The notes under the pieces: model-generated
Database searches by the model: none
The model's input: only the letters and a program-made list of their open reading frames with translations
Told to the model about the DNA's origin: nothing
Shown: positions 24,501-36,363 of the stretch, piece by piece
How positions within the stretch are numbered: position 1 is the first letter of the stretch
How the letters are laid out: every line of letters starts with the position of its first letter
Position numbers and translations under genes: made by a program
Assembly (NCBI GenBank): GCA_965112155.1
Contig: OZ218103.1
DNA: 64,000 nt
DNA from: Podarcis liolepis
Taxonomy: Eukaryota
Reading direction: 5' to 3' (one strand)

Positions 24501-26538
24501 CTCAGCATCACCTGCATCCAGCGATTGTAGTAGTTGATCACTGAAGCCACCTGGGTCTGCTGGAGCATTATCTCTGAGACCCACACTGCAGGCACAAAGA
24601 GAAAGCAGGTGCATCAGGGATTCTGAGACCTTCCTTGCTCTGCATGGCAAATGGGAGGGGATGTGCTGCTCAATATACTTTAAAGGCAATTGTAAGAGGT
24701 TAAGCAACCTTTTTGTATCCCAGGGGGAATGTTTAGCTAGAGATAACGAGTTCTGCATGCAGTTCTATTTTGCCCCTTAAATATTACATTGCTGCCAAAA
24801 GTCAAGTGCCATGATCTGACTAGGGGATCTCTAGCAATGCAGAACACCAATGTCCTTAATTGGACTAAGGAGCCACAATTCAAAGTATTTTTCTCAGCAG
24901 TTAAACTGATACCACCACGTTACAGCTACCACTAGCACAGTGTTGTGTGCAGCCTGCGGCATTTATCTCTAGAGCACCCCTGAATGCAGATAGATGGCAG
25001 GAATCCCCAGCAGAATTACTGAGAGTTCTTGCTCTCACCAGCATATGCTCGTCTGTCGGCATCATCTTCACCTGCAGCCTGTAGAAGAGTGAACAGGGGA
25101 CTTTAGGGAACAGGACACAGCAAAGCAATTGTCTCTCTCTTCCAAGATATTTCTGTGCATCCTAGAAGCCCAGCACAATATGCCATACCAATTTCCTCCA
25201 AGGAAGATCTCGTTTGCATTTGTTGTACCAGGTGAGCAGCCTCTTCCGAAACTCTTTGATTTCAGCTGCATTGCTGAAGGTGTGGAATGAAGACTGTTGG
25301 CTGGGCACTCCTGCAACAAAGAGAGGCCAGTTACAATTTTTGCAGTGGCAATTTCTATTGGGTTGTACAAATGTACACGGCAGTGGATAAACCTGTGCTG
25401 GGCCAGAGGGGAATACGTATTTGATAGACAGTTGAAGAACAGCAGTCCTACTGGCATACCCCTCTACAAATATTCCCCAAAGATCTGCTCTTTCTGTTAA
25501 CCTCAGAAACAGAAGTCCTCAGCAGATATCTCCTTTGTCCATGTCATTCTTCCAGGGCTGGGGAAACCTTTCTCAGCCCAAGGGCCGTATTCCCTTCTGT
25601 GTGACCTTCTTGGGGCCACATGCCAATGGTGGGCAGGGCTAGAGACAAATGTGAGTAGAGAACAATGAATGTGGATTTTTACTTTTGTGTAGTAGGCTGC
25701 TTTTTTTTACACACTCACACATTATTCTCTATGTTCCATCTAACTCAAGCAAGAAGCATTTTCAGAGTTCAAGGACACATTCTAGCTAGCAAAAACACTT
25801 AAGGAGGATGCAAAGCAGGGCTATGAGCAGCGGGGCTCAGGAGGTTGTGTGGCCTGGGGAGGGTCCTATGGGCTTGACAGAGATTCTTGGAGGATCATAT
25901 TGGACCCCAGCCTGGAAGTTCCACATCCCTGTATCATACAAATTCAAAGCAGGAAGATAAGCTCCTATGATGGCAAACTAGACAACAAGCACCGTGTCTG
26001 CTTATGTCACACTATCCTAAAACAGAATACTTTTCTGACTCTACAAGTTTCAACTAAGTTTCTTTTTTTAAAAAAAAAGGTCACCAAATAAATTTGGTTC
26101 AAAGAATGCTACAAGAACGGAGGCAAGGAAGGTACAACTTTTCAGGTTTTGTGTTGTTGGCCAAGCAACGCTAAACATTTTCTAATTCCTTCATAAGGAA
26201 AACTCCATCTATCCCAAAGCCAGTTTGTGGAATCAGTGATGCATTAAATCTGAGATATTTGTAACTTCAGCTTCTGATTCAGCCTTTGAATGCATAGCCA
26301 GCTAAAAAGTTGAGGGGAGTTCAATAGCTGTTACCACAAAATAACTGATCCTGAAAACAGGTTCAAACAATTCCTTTCAATTTTCTTTCATCCTACGCTG
26401 ACGAAAAAATCTTTTTGTAACCCAAGCACCTTTGTATAGTGTGGTATTTCCTTCACATTTCTTCAGCAATTTCTGTTGTTTCCCAGTGTTCCTTTGTATT
26501 CCTAGCTTGCTGCGTGTTGCCAACTGGAGTTTGCTCAT
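15521..26538 (-). CDS. MUTYH: Adenine DNA glycosylase MUTYH, 522 aa; coding exons 26430-26538, 25189-25310, 25039-25078, 24512-24585, 24344-24385, 24036-24107, 23068-23181, 21913-22010, 21024-21168, 20328-20415, 18910-19104, 17850-17992, 16574-16735, 16127-16174, 15521-15637
   Basis: Motifs [29 protein letters not shown], Hh[23 protein letters not shown], Fe-[18 protein letters not shown], interdomain EEC...CSLC, NUDIX-like [18 protein letters not shown]-like QLSLDSFL. All junctions are GT-AG in consistent phase (1569 nt). Probable non-coding exon 1 donor at 27223-27224. Confidence 0.96.
15865..16057 (+). mobile_element. 3' end of an L2/CR1-clade LINE in the last MUTYH intron
   Basis: ctgtggaatgccctccc...catctgaaggcagccctgt...gtaagccacccagagtggctgggg...aataaataataataa: typical LINE 3' terminus with (TAA)n tail. 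Confidence 0.65.
22653..22707. repeat. (GAA)~18 microsatellite forming a SINE tail
   Basis: Uninterrupted gaa run directly adjoining the SINE at 22708-22952. Confidence 0.95.
22708..22952 (-). mobile_element. tRNA-derived squamate SINE (MIR/Ther1-related, Squam3-like)
   Basis: Minus strand starts GAGAGCCAGTGTGGTGTAGTGGTTAAGAGCGG (A box), GGTTCACGTC (B-box-like), core GGGTGACCTTGGGCCAGTCAC, (TTC)n tail. The family name is from recall, not a search. Confidence 0.75.
25553..25931. mobile_element. hAT-like non-autonomous DNA transposon relic
   Basis: Ends cagggctggggaaacc ... gttccacatccctg; internal similarity to 27808-28010 and 59725-60125. Confidence 0.55.
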
Positions 26539-26846
26539 TGCCAGCCTAGAAAAAAAATGTACCACTGTCAAATTATATTTCTCTTCACCATCTCCAGATC
26601 CAAAATTAGCAAAACGTGCAACACTCTACACAGTATACAGTACCCTGTATTCCACCAAGGTGGCAAGATGTGAATAAGAACTATGAATATAAATGCTGAC
26701 AATATGGATATACAAAACTATAGGGCAACTGAAGAGTGATATAAGAGGCCTGCCTTTATTACTCCTTAATAGATGTATTCTACATATACAAGAATAGACA
26801 AATAAGGAATCCTGAGTTCCTGTAATAGATTGCATCACTTTAGATA

Positions 26847-26849
<3 letters not shown>

Positions 26850-26890
<41 letters not shown>
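26850..26890. repeat. (CTAT)n tetranucleotide microsatellite
   Basis: About 10 tandem ctat units in MUTYH intron 1. Confidence 0.95.
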
Positions 26891-26891
<1 letters not shown>

Positions 26892-27224
26892 CCTATGCAA
26901 AACTCTTTGAAAGTACAAAATTTAACACATCAAAGAGAAAAGTTCTACACGGGTCACTCCCTTGTTGTGCTAGTTTTCTATCTGCAGGAAGCTTCCAGCT
27001 CCCCAATAGGGGAGCATTGCGGGGTCCTTCATCCGTAGCCTGAACTGGTATGGTCCATTCTACCACCTCAAGTTTCTGTAACCTCATCCGCTGCGTGTGT
27101 AGTAAAACCAAAGGGCTCGGCTCCTCATATCACATGCACGAAGGAATATGCACACTAGGGAGTGTTCTATGCACATTCATACTCAGAACGGTGCTATTAG
27201 AGAGGCCACGAGTAACATCCCTAC

Positions 27225-28161
27225 CTTCGTCTCTTTGTTGATTTCTTTCCGCGCGTCCAACTCAGAACCTCCTTCCGACTAGCGTGGAACCAATCAAACC
27301 GAAGCACAACCTCAGCCCGGCAAGCGGAAGGCTCGCAAGGAAAGGGGCTGACAGCATCAAGCCAATCGGCGTCAAAGACGGAACAAAAACTGAGTCACAA
27401 CGACCAACTTCCTGGTTTCTTTTGGCGCCATTTTCGTCCAGAGTTGAAATGAAATGTATCCGTAGGGACAATGCAGAAAAGCTAGGATTTTAGCGTTAAC
27501 TGCGATTGGGCAGTAAAAACCCGCCCGTGCTGTTCCTAACATTTCGTGTAGAGAATGCACAGTTTCAACATCCATTCACAACATCCGTGCAGTGTAGCGC
27601 ACCGCGGATGTTGCAAGTTAGAAGTGGGGCTGTGGTCAAAAGCGAGTGAGAGAATGAATACAGTAGGGAACAACAAGGGGGTAGTTTACAGCACATTGCA
27701 ACTATGTCTACTCAGAAATAAGTCCTGCATAATTCAATGAGCCTCACTCCCAGATACGTAGGGTTAGGATTCCAGCCCTTAGTATTGCTATCCTTCTACC
27801 TTCCGGACGCCACATGCAAATCGTGGGCAGAGAGCAATGAATGCGAATTTTACTTTGGTGCAGTAGGCTAGTTTTTACACACTCACACATCCCACCCTAT
27901 CCAAGCCCAGAAATCATTTTCAGAGTACATTTTCGCCATGCAAAGCTGGGCTGGTGAACAGCTGGGTGAGCTAAGGAGATTGTGGGCCTGGGGAGAATGA
28001 GTGGGTTTGGATCCGGCGAAAGGCACTTGCAAAGACAGCTAGGCCTACGCGCCACCCTTAGAGGAAGGACCCCAGAGAGCAGGACGCGCCGGAAGCTGGC
28101 GAGTTGAACGACAAGGGAGATGGCGGTTGTCTAAGTAACTCGCAGGTGTCACTTCTCGAAG
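27225..28161. promoter_or_regulatory. Head-to-head MUTYH/TOE1 promoter region with both non-coding first exons
   Basis: CpG clusters at about 27200-27610 and 28010-28220. CCAAT boxes near 27290, 27362 and 27505 (reverse); ETS-like acttcctg/ccggaag; YY1-like gcgccatttt and agatggcgg. Divergent donors at 27224 (minus) and 28162 (plus). Confidence 0.75.
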
Positions 28162-28604
28162 GTAAGAGGTCTTTCGAAAGCACCTTCCGGGGGGGGTATT
28201 GTGCTCAGCGGTTTCTTGTGCAGACGATGTGCATTCTCCTAAACGAGTTAGTGGCCAGGGACCAGGAAATGGTGGTGGAGCGGAGGTTTAAACTTGATCT
28301 CACGTATAACGTGCACGTTATGGATCATGTACTGATGACTTTTTACTGTTCCCGTTCTAGTTCTGGTTTGAGCTTTAACGAGATGAAGCATTTACTATAC
28401 TGGGGCTCTTGGGTTTTTTGCCATATAAAGCAGCGGATCCTGTTGTCTATTTTTTTCTGAGGTGTTGTTATTTGATATATGCATGGAGCAATCTGTGGGT
28501 TGGGGTTTTTTAAATTAGTCATTGGTATCCCCAAAGCAAAATTACCCATTGGATTCTAAAAGTTATGCATGTCTAATCTCTTGTGTCCCAACAGCTGCAT
28601 AAGG

Positions 28605-31600
28605 ATGACTTCCTTGAAAGTGCCAGTCATCGATGTCCAGAATGATAATTTCAAGGAGCTCTGGCCATCCATGCTCTTGGCCATCAAAACATCTAGCTTT
28701 ATAGCTATTGACACGGTGGGTAGAGTTGCCCTTCTTTGTGATTTCTCAAAAAGGGTAGGGGCAGGGACTGTAACTTTGTTGGTAATTGGGTTGCTGTCTT
28801 TGCTAGGGAAAGCTGACACCATTTTCTTTAATTTTTCCATTGGTCTATCTACCTATTCTTTATACTGCTTTCCAGGGTTTCAGACAGGAGTTTTCCATCT
28901 TTGCATGGGAGACACCAGGGATTAAACCTTAAACCTTGTACATGAAAGACTGCAACACTGAGCTACAACTTACTGGTATTTTACATAACTTATTCTACCA
29001 TGGAGTGGAAATCTAATTGTTATCTTTGTTCATAGGAGCTTAGTGGGCTTGGAACAAGGAAGAGTTTATTGAATCAGTAAGTAAAGTGCTGCTTCTGTGG
29101 GAGCACGATTTTCTCATTCTTGTTGTTCTGAATTATTAGGTCCTTGAGTATGGACAGCAGTGTGGAGTGTCTGCTGATACTTTGTTTCCCCTGACTCAAT
29201 ATCAGACACTAGTTGAATGGACCTATTGGGATTCACAGTGGAAGCAGTTCATTGACTCTGTGTGGGTGTGGATGGCTTAAGATGGGCTTGCCCATTTGGA
29301 GTAATCAGTTCTTTGAGGGCAGGAAATATGCAAGCTGTGGGGAACAGGCCCACATGCTATTAATATGCTTCGAAATTCAGGCTGGTCTTGATCTTGAATG
29401 GGAAGGTGAAATTTGTCATGTCAATAGGGGAGCTATGGTTCAGTGGTCTAAATTTCCTTCTAAGCTGCCTGAGGCTTCTCCCCACAGGTGTATTGAAGAA
29501 CGATACAAATCTGTTTGCAGTGCTGCCAGAACACGCTCCATTTTGTCTTTAGGAATTGCTTGTTTCAAACATCTTCCTGATAAGGTATAGTGCTCATTGT
29601 CTGGCTTTCACCCTAATTCTACTGCTGAGTTAAGAATGTGTTGCTTATAAGAGGATGGTATTTTGAAGGTTCAGTCTTCAATGCATAAAGGGATGCACAA
29701 AGTGACCAGTATTGATTTTAGACAATAAAGGAAGTAGTTGTTGATTTCTACGATGTTACTGTTTGCACTTTTTCTGTGCTGCTCTCAATTTCTTTGAACT
29801 GGCCTGTATTTGCAGTCAGAGAACACGTATCTCTCCCAGATCTACAACCTGACCCTGCTCTGTATGGAGGATTATATCATTGAACCACAGTCAGTTCAGT
29901 TCCTGGTGCAACATGGCTTTGACTTCAACAAGCAGTATTCTCAGGGCATTCCTTATCACAGAGGCAATGACAAGGTATGGGGACTCTTTACTGTAAGGTA
30001 TAAGTGAGGTGAGACCACAATGAGAAAGTAACTGGTTTCTTTCTTAATACCTGCTTCTTTTGCTAATCAAAATTATCCACATGTATTTAAAAAAAATACT
30101 TTTACTGTATTAACATCAATTAACAACCCATAATGCATTTCACACTTCAGTGCCATGGGGCTGAATTGATGCTGCACCAACATGGCCACCACCTAGTCAA
30201 AGTAGTTCTGTGAAGCTTCTGTGGACGAGTCAGTCTGCTAGCAGCCACAGAAAGGAAGCACCTGGGATTTGCCTGTTGCTAAAACAAGCTTTGGAGCCAG
30301 GCAGAGCTGGTTTCACCATTGAGCTGGAGGAGAACTGCCCTCACAGAAATAAGCCTGGGAACACATACCAGGGTCTGAGCTGAAGGGGTGGGAAATGTCC
30401 TGCACTTTCATCTGACAGTTCAGGTAGATGAATAAAGCACCATCTCTGCCTAGAGTACAGGAGAGAGTGGTGGTGGGCATCCTGCCTTTTCCAGGCTGTA
30501 CCTCAGTGAAAACTAGGTGGTGGTGGTTCTGCCCTAGGACCTGGGTCATGAATCCATAAGCAGTGGCAGAATTTGGCTTGTAGACCTGTACCATCAAAAC
30601 AGGTGAAGGAAACTCCAGGGGATCAATGCCACTCTCTTTTGCATTTACCTCTGCTGCCTTTGCCTACATTGACCGCCCAACACTTCTGAGGCTCATCTTC
30701 ATCCAGGCTGTTCCCATATCAGAGAAACTAGTGCAGGCTTTGGAAATGAGGCCAGCTAACCTTATCCCCTCTTTGCTCTCTCACAGGGAAATGAAAACCA
30801 CAGCCAGACTGTCCGTACTTTTTTCCTGGAACTGATCCGAGCCAAGAAGCCCCTCATTCTGCACAATGGCCTAATTGATTTGGTTTTCCTGTACCAGTGC
30901 TTTTATGCTCACCTTCCTGACAATTTGGGCACCTTCACTGCTGATCTTTCAGAGATGTTCCCAGCTGGAATCTATGACACCAAGTATGCTTCTGAGTTTG
31001 AGGCACGTTTTGTGGCTTCTTACCTGGAGTATGCCTACAAGAAATGGTAGGTATCTCTTGCCAGGTCAAGCTGTAAGCACCCTGACAAGGATTCTTGGGC
31101 TGAGATCCATCGTAGCACAAGTGGACATTTGCCTGATCACATAAGGCTTTTCCTCCCCCCCCTCCCCCCCTTCACCTCCCCATGTACTCCCAAAATCTAC
31201 TCTGGAGATTTGAGGGACCAGGTTTTAGGAGCACATGGGTGTGGGAGGTAGAATAGAAATTGGAAGTTCCATTGCACAGGCTGATTTCTGTTGGGTAAGC
31301 AGGCATACATCATTGAATGCTGCTCCTGGGCTTGAGTAAGGAGAACACAACTGCTGGGTCCAAGGCTGCTGCTCTTCTATTTTTACCGGAAAAGGGTCTT
31401 ATTTGGGTATGAATGTGTAGGGTGGAGGACAAGAAGTATGAATACCATATCAAGTTAGTGACTTTGTTATTTTCCATATAGGTTATTCTATTTATGTGCA
31501 ATTTGGGCAAATACTGTGATTCAGCTAAATCTTAATTGTGATTCAATTAAACCCCAGGCTCCACTACAAACTCATAACTCCACATGCATGTACTTGCCTG

Positions 31601-34345
31601 CCATTTGTCTCAGGTTGTTCTCTTGCTACAGCTTTCAGCAGAAATTCTTTATAAGTTTAAATTATTATTACTAAATTTGTATTCTGCCCTATACCTGTAG
31701 ATCTTAGAGTGGTTCACAACATAAAATTACAATATTAAAGACACAAAATACATGATAGAAATATGAACAAAAACAAACCAATAATTGCCCCTTCCACAAC
31801 CCATTTTAAAGGGCATCGGGTGTCATTCGGCCAAAGGCCTGGTTGAAGAGAAAAGTTTTCAACTGGTGCCTAAAGATGTATAATGAAAATGAGTTGCATT
31901 TCTTTGTACAGCTTAGGAGACTGAAATCTCCTATTTGATACTAGAGCCTGGATTCTGAGTAAAGTATTTTACTTAATTCCAGTCCACAAAATTTTGACTG
32001 GCCTTGGCAGTTAGCCATAATTTATGGTCTCCACAAACTCTACTCCTTTGGCACATGCAGAGGACCCAAGAGATGAAGGGTCAGTCGCATTCCATGCTGT
32101 GCCTTTAAAACACTAAAATACAGCAAGAAGGATTCTCACTCAGTTTTCAGTATCTTCAAAATGTGGCACGAAGCAAAAGTTCTTTGAAAAAGAGACTGCA
32201 ACAGTCTCGTCTGCCTAATGCAGTAGAAGATGGCTCCTGTCTTAAGTTCTCTGTGGCAGCAGAATGAAGGGGTAGGGTTTTTCATGTTGTCCTTGGCTAC
32301 TAGCAGAAGAAACGTAGAAATGTGTGGAACTGACTAAACAACTCCTCAGGTTTTCTCTTCCCTTTTCTCCATTTCTCCACTCCCTGATTCTAATAATCAA
32401 ATGAGATGTTTGCCTTCTGCTTAGAGAAAAGTACTAGTTTGGGAAGATGCTCATACCCTGTTAGGGTGTTCCAGGTATGTGGCAGTCAGGGGAACAAGCA
32501 GCTGTGCTGATAGCATTTTCATGTGTCTGTGCTTCTCTTCTATGTATCTTTTATATTCTTATTTCTGCTTTAGCTCATTTTTCTACATGCAGGGGGCTTT
32601 CCTGTGAGTACATAGAGGAGCCTGTGCTGAAGGGCAGTTGATCTCCTTGCTCTGACACAGCCTCTGTTCCAGGTTCTAATGCTATTCTTGCCTTCCAGCA
32701 AGCGAGAAAACTACAGGTTGAAGAATTCAGAAAAGCAGCACCTCAGCATAGAGTTCTGCAACTATCCAGACAGCATAGCTTCCTACATCGATTATCGCTT
32801 CTGTTCCCTATCAGATGCCAGCCAGTCTGGGCTTGACCCTGCAAACAAAGTCACCATCTGTCAGACGTTTTCTGTAAGTATTACGTCTCTCTACCTTCTA
32901 TCTTGAAAGTTTGTCAAATAGTAAATTGTAACTGGTTCATTCAGTGTGGTGGATATTCTCAGATAGGGACTATGAGGGCAAGCTGTCTAGGATGAGAGAC
33001 AGGCTCTTGGGCTGGATGTGTGTGTGGCAGTGGGAGGCAAATGCTTATGCTGTTATTATGGTCAATTTTAAAGCATGGTACCTCTTTCTGCAGCTTTCTG
33101 ATAAAAATGGAGAGGTGCTAACTTTTAATAATGAGGGTATCTGGGAGCTTACTAGGGAACACAAGAGACCTGCTGGGTCAGGCTAAAGGTCCATTTAGTC
33201 CAGTATATTTTCCCAACAGTGGCTCAGCCCAGAAGCCTGCAAGTAATACATGAGGTTTGGATGATCCAGAATAGTCTTTTAATATTGCTATTTTCCGGTT
33301 AATCAGCATGGCACAATCTCACAAATGTGATAAATATCCAGAAGTGAATGTTGAAAGTTGCTCTAGGGCAGCGTTTCTCAAATTTGGGTCCCCAGCTGTT
33401 GGACTACAACTCCCATCATCCCTGACCACTGGTTGTGCTAGCTAGGGATGATGGGAGCTGTAGTCCAACAACAGCTGGCGACCCAAGTTTGAGAATCACT
33501 GCTGTAGGGTATCTAAGATCCAATGATATTTTCTCAAGTGTGCTAATGATTCTCACTCTCCCCTGCAGGCCTATGGCTGGTGCCCAGATGGATTGAAGTG
33601 TTCACAGTCTCACAACATTGACCTAATAATTAATGAAGATGAGAACCACAAAGAGGACAAGCGGAAGAAAAGGAAGCAGAAGTGGAAGCACCGGAAGAAT
33701 TTTGTAGAGCCCTCAAAGGAACCTGTGTTGAGAAGCCCTGAGAAGGAAGGAGAGGCGGCTTGCAATATGGAAGACGGTCCCCCATCCAAGCAGTCCTGTT
33801 TAAGCAACATGGTTGCTCCTACTGTAGATTCTGCAGGCACAGAAACTGTATCCAGTAATGAGGAGAGTTCTATGGATGTAGAACGAGAACTAGGCTCTGA
33901 CACGGCAACTGATACCAAGATGGATGAGGAACAAGCCAGTGCCACAGACAATGAGGGCATCACTTTATCACCATCCAAAGATGGGCCACAACAAAGGGCA
34001 GCAGGGACTGAAGGATCAGGACCAGAAGTCCAGATAGAGTGTGCTTCTGTAGTGACGGCTTTGTCTGGCACCCAGAACCCAGTGGCACCAGTGCCTGGCT
34101 GTTCAGAGGGTGGTATTCACCGGGCTGGCTTTGATGCCTTCATGACAGGTTACATTATTGCCTACGTCCATATGCTCAAAAACGATGAACACAAAGACTC
34201 AAGGGAAGGGCCTTGGTTGCCGGACTGCCATAACAAAGTGTACCTCAGTGGGAAGTCTGTCCCCCTTCAGATAGTGAAAAGTTTGTTTTCTAAATCCTCC
34301 AAAGCTCACAGCCAGAAGATGAAATTGGCTTGGGCTAGTAAGTAG
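28605..34345 (+). CDS. TOE1: Target of EGR1 protein 1 (DEDD deadenylase, Caf1z), 539 aa; coding exons 28605-28715, 29036-29076, 29488-29584, 29816-29974, 30787-31046, 32699-32873, 33569-34345
   Basis: [17 protein letters not shown], catalytic AIDT|[31 protein letters not shown]3H finger CQTFS|[15 protein letters not shown], basic [27 protein letters not shown] junctions in phase (1620 nt). Confidence 0.96.
33369..33501. mobile_element. Palindromic hAT-type MITE in the last TOE1 intron
   Basis: Almost fully self-complementary (cagcgtttctcaaa...ggactacaactcccatcatccct / agggatgatgggagctgtagtcc...tttgagaatcactg); flanks ctctaggg / ctgtaggg (7 of 8 match, TSD). Confidence 0.8.
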
Positions 34346-34793
34346 AGTTGGGAACCCTCCTACTTGGGACTTTACATAAGAGCTGTTGAAAATAGCAGCA
34401 GCTTCCACCCACAGTCATCAAACAAAAGCAGCAGACTGTGACTTTATTTTTAAACATCTGCACAATTAAATTACTCTGTACAGTACTAGAATTTCCGTTT
34501 TTGTTTGTTAAAGGTAGAGCCTTTATGTACACAGGACCAGGCAACTGTCTTAAACATGGGAGAGCTATGAGGAGCCCTAATTTATAGAATATTAATTTAA
34601 TCCACTCATTCAAACCAACAGCATGAGAACCAGAAGCTTATTTTTGTAACGACCATGGAGACCACTTCTTCTCTTGCATACAAAGACCAAACAGCTTCCA
34701 TATATAAGTAACAATATTTATAGCAGTATAAAACCTTGTATCTATGCAGTATTTGTGCATTTTAAATTTCAGATCAGAGCCTGTTGGGGATTA

Positions 34794-34993
34794 CAGTCAT
34801 ACCTCGTGCTAAATTTGCTTCACGTTGCGGCTTTTCAGGTTATGAACATGGCAAACCCAGAAGTGTTTACTTCCGGGTTCGCCACGTGCAGAAGCGCTTT
34901 GCACATGTGCAGTAGCGGCGCTCTACTTAGGGACTTTTCGGGGTGCGAAGAGCAGCCCGAAACGGATCGTGTTTGTAAGTAGAGGAACCACTG
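34794..34993. mobile_element. Tigger/pogo-like MITE downstream of the TOE1 stop
   Basis: TA|cagtcatacctcg ... agaggaaccactg|TA; CpG-rich interior. Confidence 0.75.
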
Positions 34994-36067
34994 TATATTG
35001 GTAAGTATGCACCAGCATACTTACCAAACTAGATACAGTATTGTGTAAATTCCATTAAAGTGCATATTCAAAAAGATGCAAATTGCAGAGGGAGGAATGG
35101 GAGAAGGAACAACATTCAGACTCCAGGGTATGTGGCAGTGGGGGTGCTTTCATCCCACCCTGCTGCTTGTGCCCATCATTTGCATATTTTAAAATGCGCA
35201 TGGTAAGTCATATAATTAAGCTCATTGTTTTGATGATTGAGTCTTTGGATGGGTTGGAAAAGTAGTTAACTAAAGTTCTATGGGCCTCATCAGTGCCTAG
35301 TACAAGGCATGTGCAGAAAACCTAGTAAAAGAGACTGCTCCTTAAAGTAACTTAAGACATTCTTGAGGTTCAGCAGGTCTGTTTTGAACAAGGCACCAAC
35401 AGTACAACATACCTTTTGCAGACTTGCTGTTGCTCATATCACCTTTTATGAAATATTTCATTGTATCCAACTAAATAATTGTGTGCACTGAATGACTTCC
35501 ACAAGTGCAACAGTGTTCCCTTTCTTCCCATTGCATGCCCCCCATGTGCTCTTGACATTTCTGCAACCTGGCAGTGTGTGCAATGATTTGGTTAGATACG
35601 GCCTATTCTTTTCTCTAACAATAATGGTGAAACACTTGCCGCAGGAGCTAGAAAACTGCAGCTATGTGTGAGACAGAGGATGGCACAAGAGCTTGAAGAT
35701 GCAAGAGAATTTCAGAAATAGGTTTCATGCTTTTCTTCTACCCATACCACTTGCCTGTTTTTTGGTAAGTTTGCTGCAGAATAAATGAGTAAGAAGCTAG
35801 ATGGGCTTCTGCGAACCTTAGTTTGCAAAGGGCAGAGGAAGGTATCTGCATCATATTCTGCATTCTGTTGTTCTCAATCTAAATCAAACTGCTCAAGCCT
35901 TGGAGTGTACTTTAGGTAAAACCTACTGGAAACAACAAAGGATAAAAAATCGATTCACAAATGCTACCTTTAAAGTCACATTTGGCATTAGTAGAGGGGA
36001 AATGTGCCCAGCCAACTAATGCAGTTACAGCTGAGGTTTAATCTCTTGCTGGCTGCCTTTACTTATA

Positions 36068-36363
36068 CAGTGGTGCCTCGCAAGACGAAATTAATCCGTT
36101 CCGCGAGTCTCTTCGTCTAGCGGTTTTTTCGTCTTGCGAAGCAACCCTATTAGCGGCTTAGCAGCTATTAAAGGCTTAGTGGCTAAAAGGCTATTAGCGG
36201 CTTAGAAAAAGGGGGGGGGAGCGAAAAAAATCGCAAGACTTTTTCGTTTTGTGAAGTAAGCCCATAGGGAAATTCGTCTTGCAAAGCGCATCGAAAAACG
36301 GAAAACCCTTTCGTCTAGCGGGTTTTTCGTCTTGCGAGGAATTCGTCTTGCGGGGCACCACTG
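36068..36363. mobile_element. Tigger/pogo-like MITE (same family as 983-1245, inverted)
   Basis: TA|cagtggtgcctcgcaagacgaaattaat ... ttgcggggcaccactg|TA. Confidence 0.85.

Noticed and set aside
33610-34071. Antisense ORFs over coding exons (also 11721-12239 and 41662-41961)
   Set aside because: Shadow frames of TOE1, HPDL and TESK2 exons with no independent motifs or splice signals.
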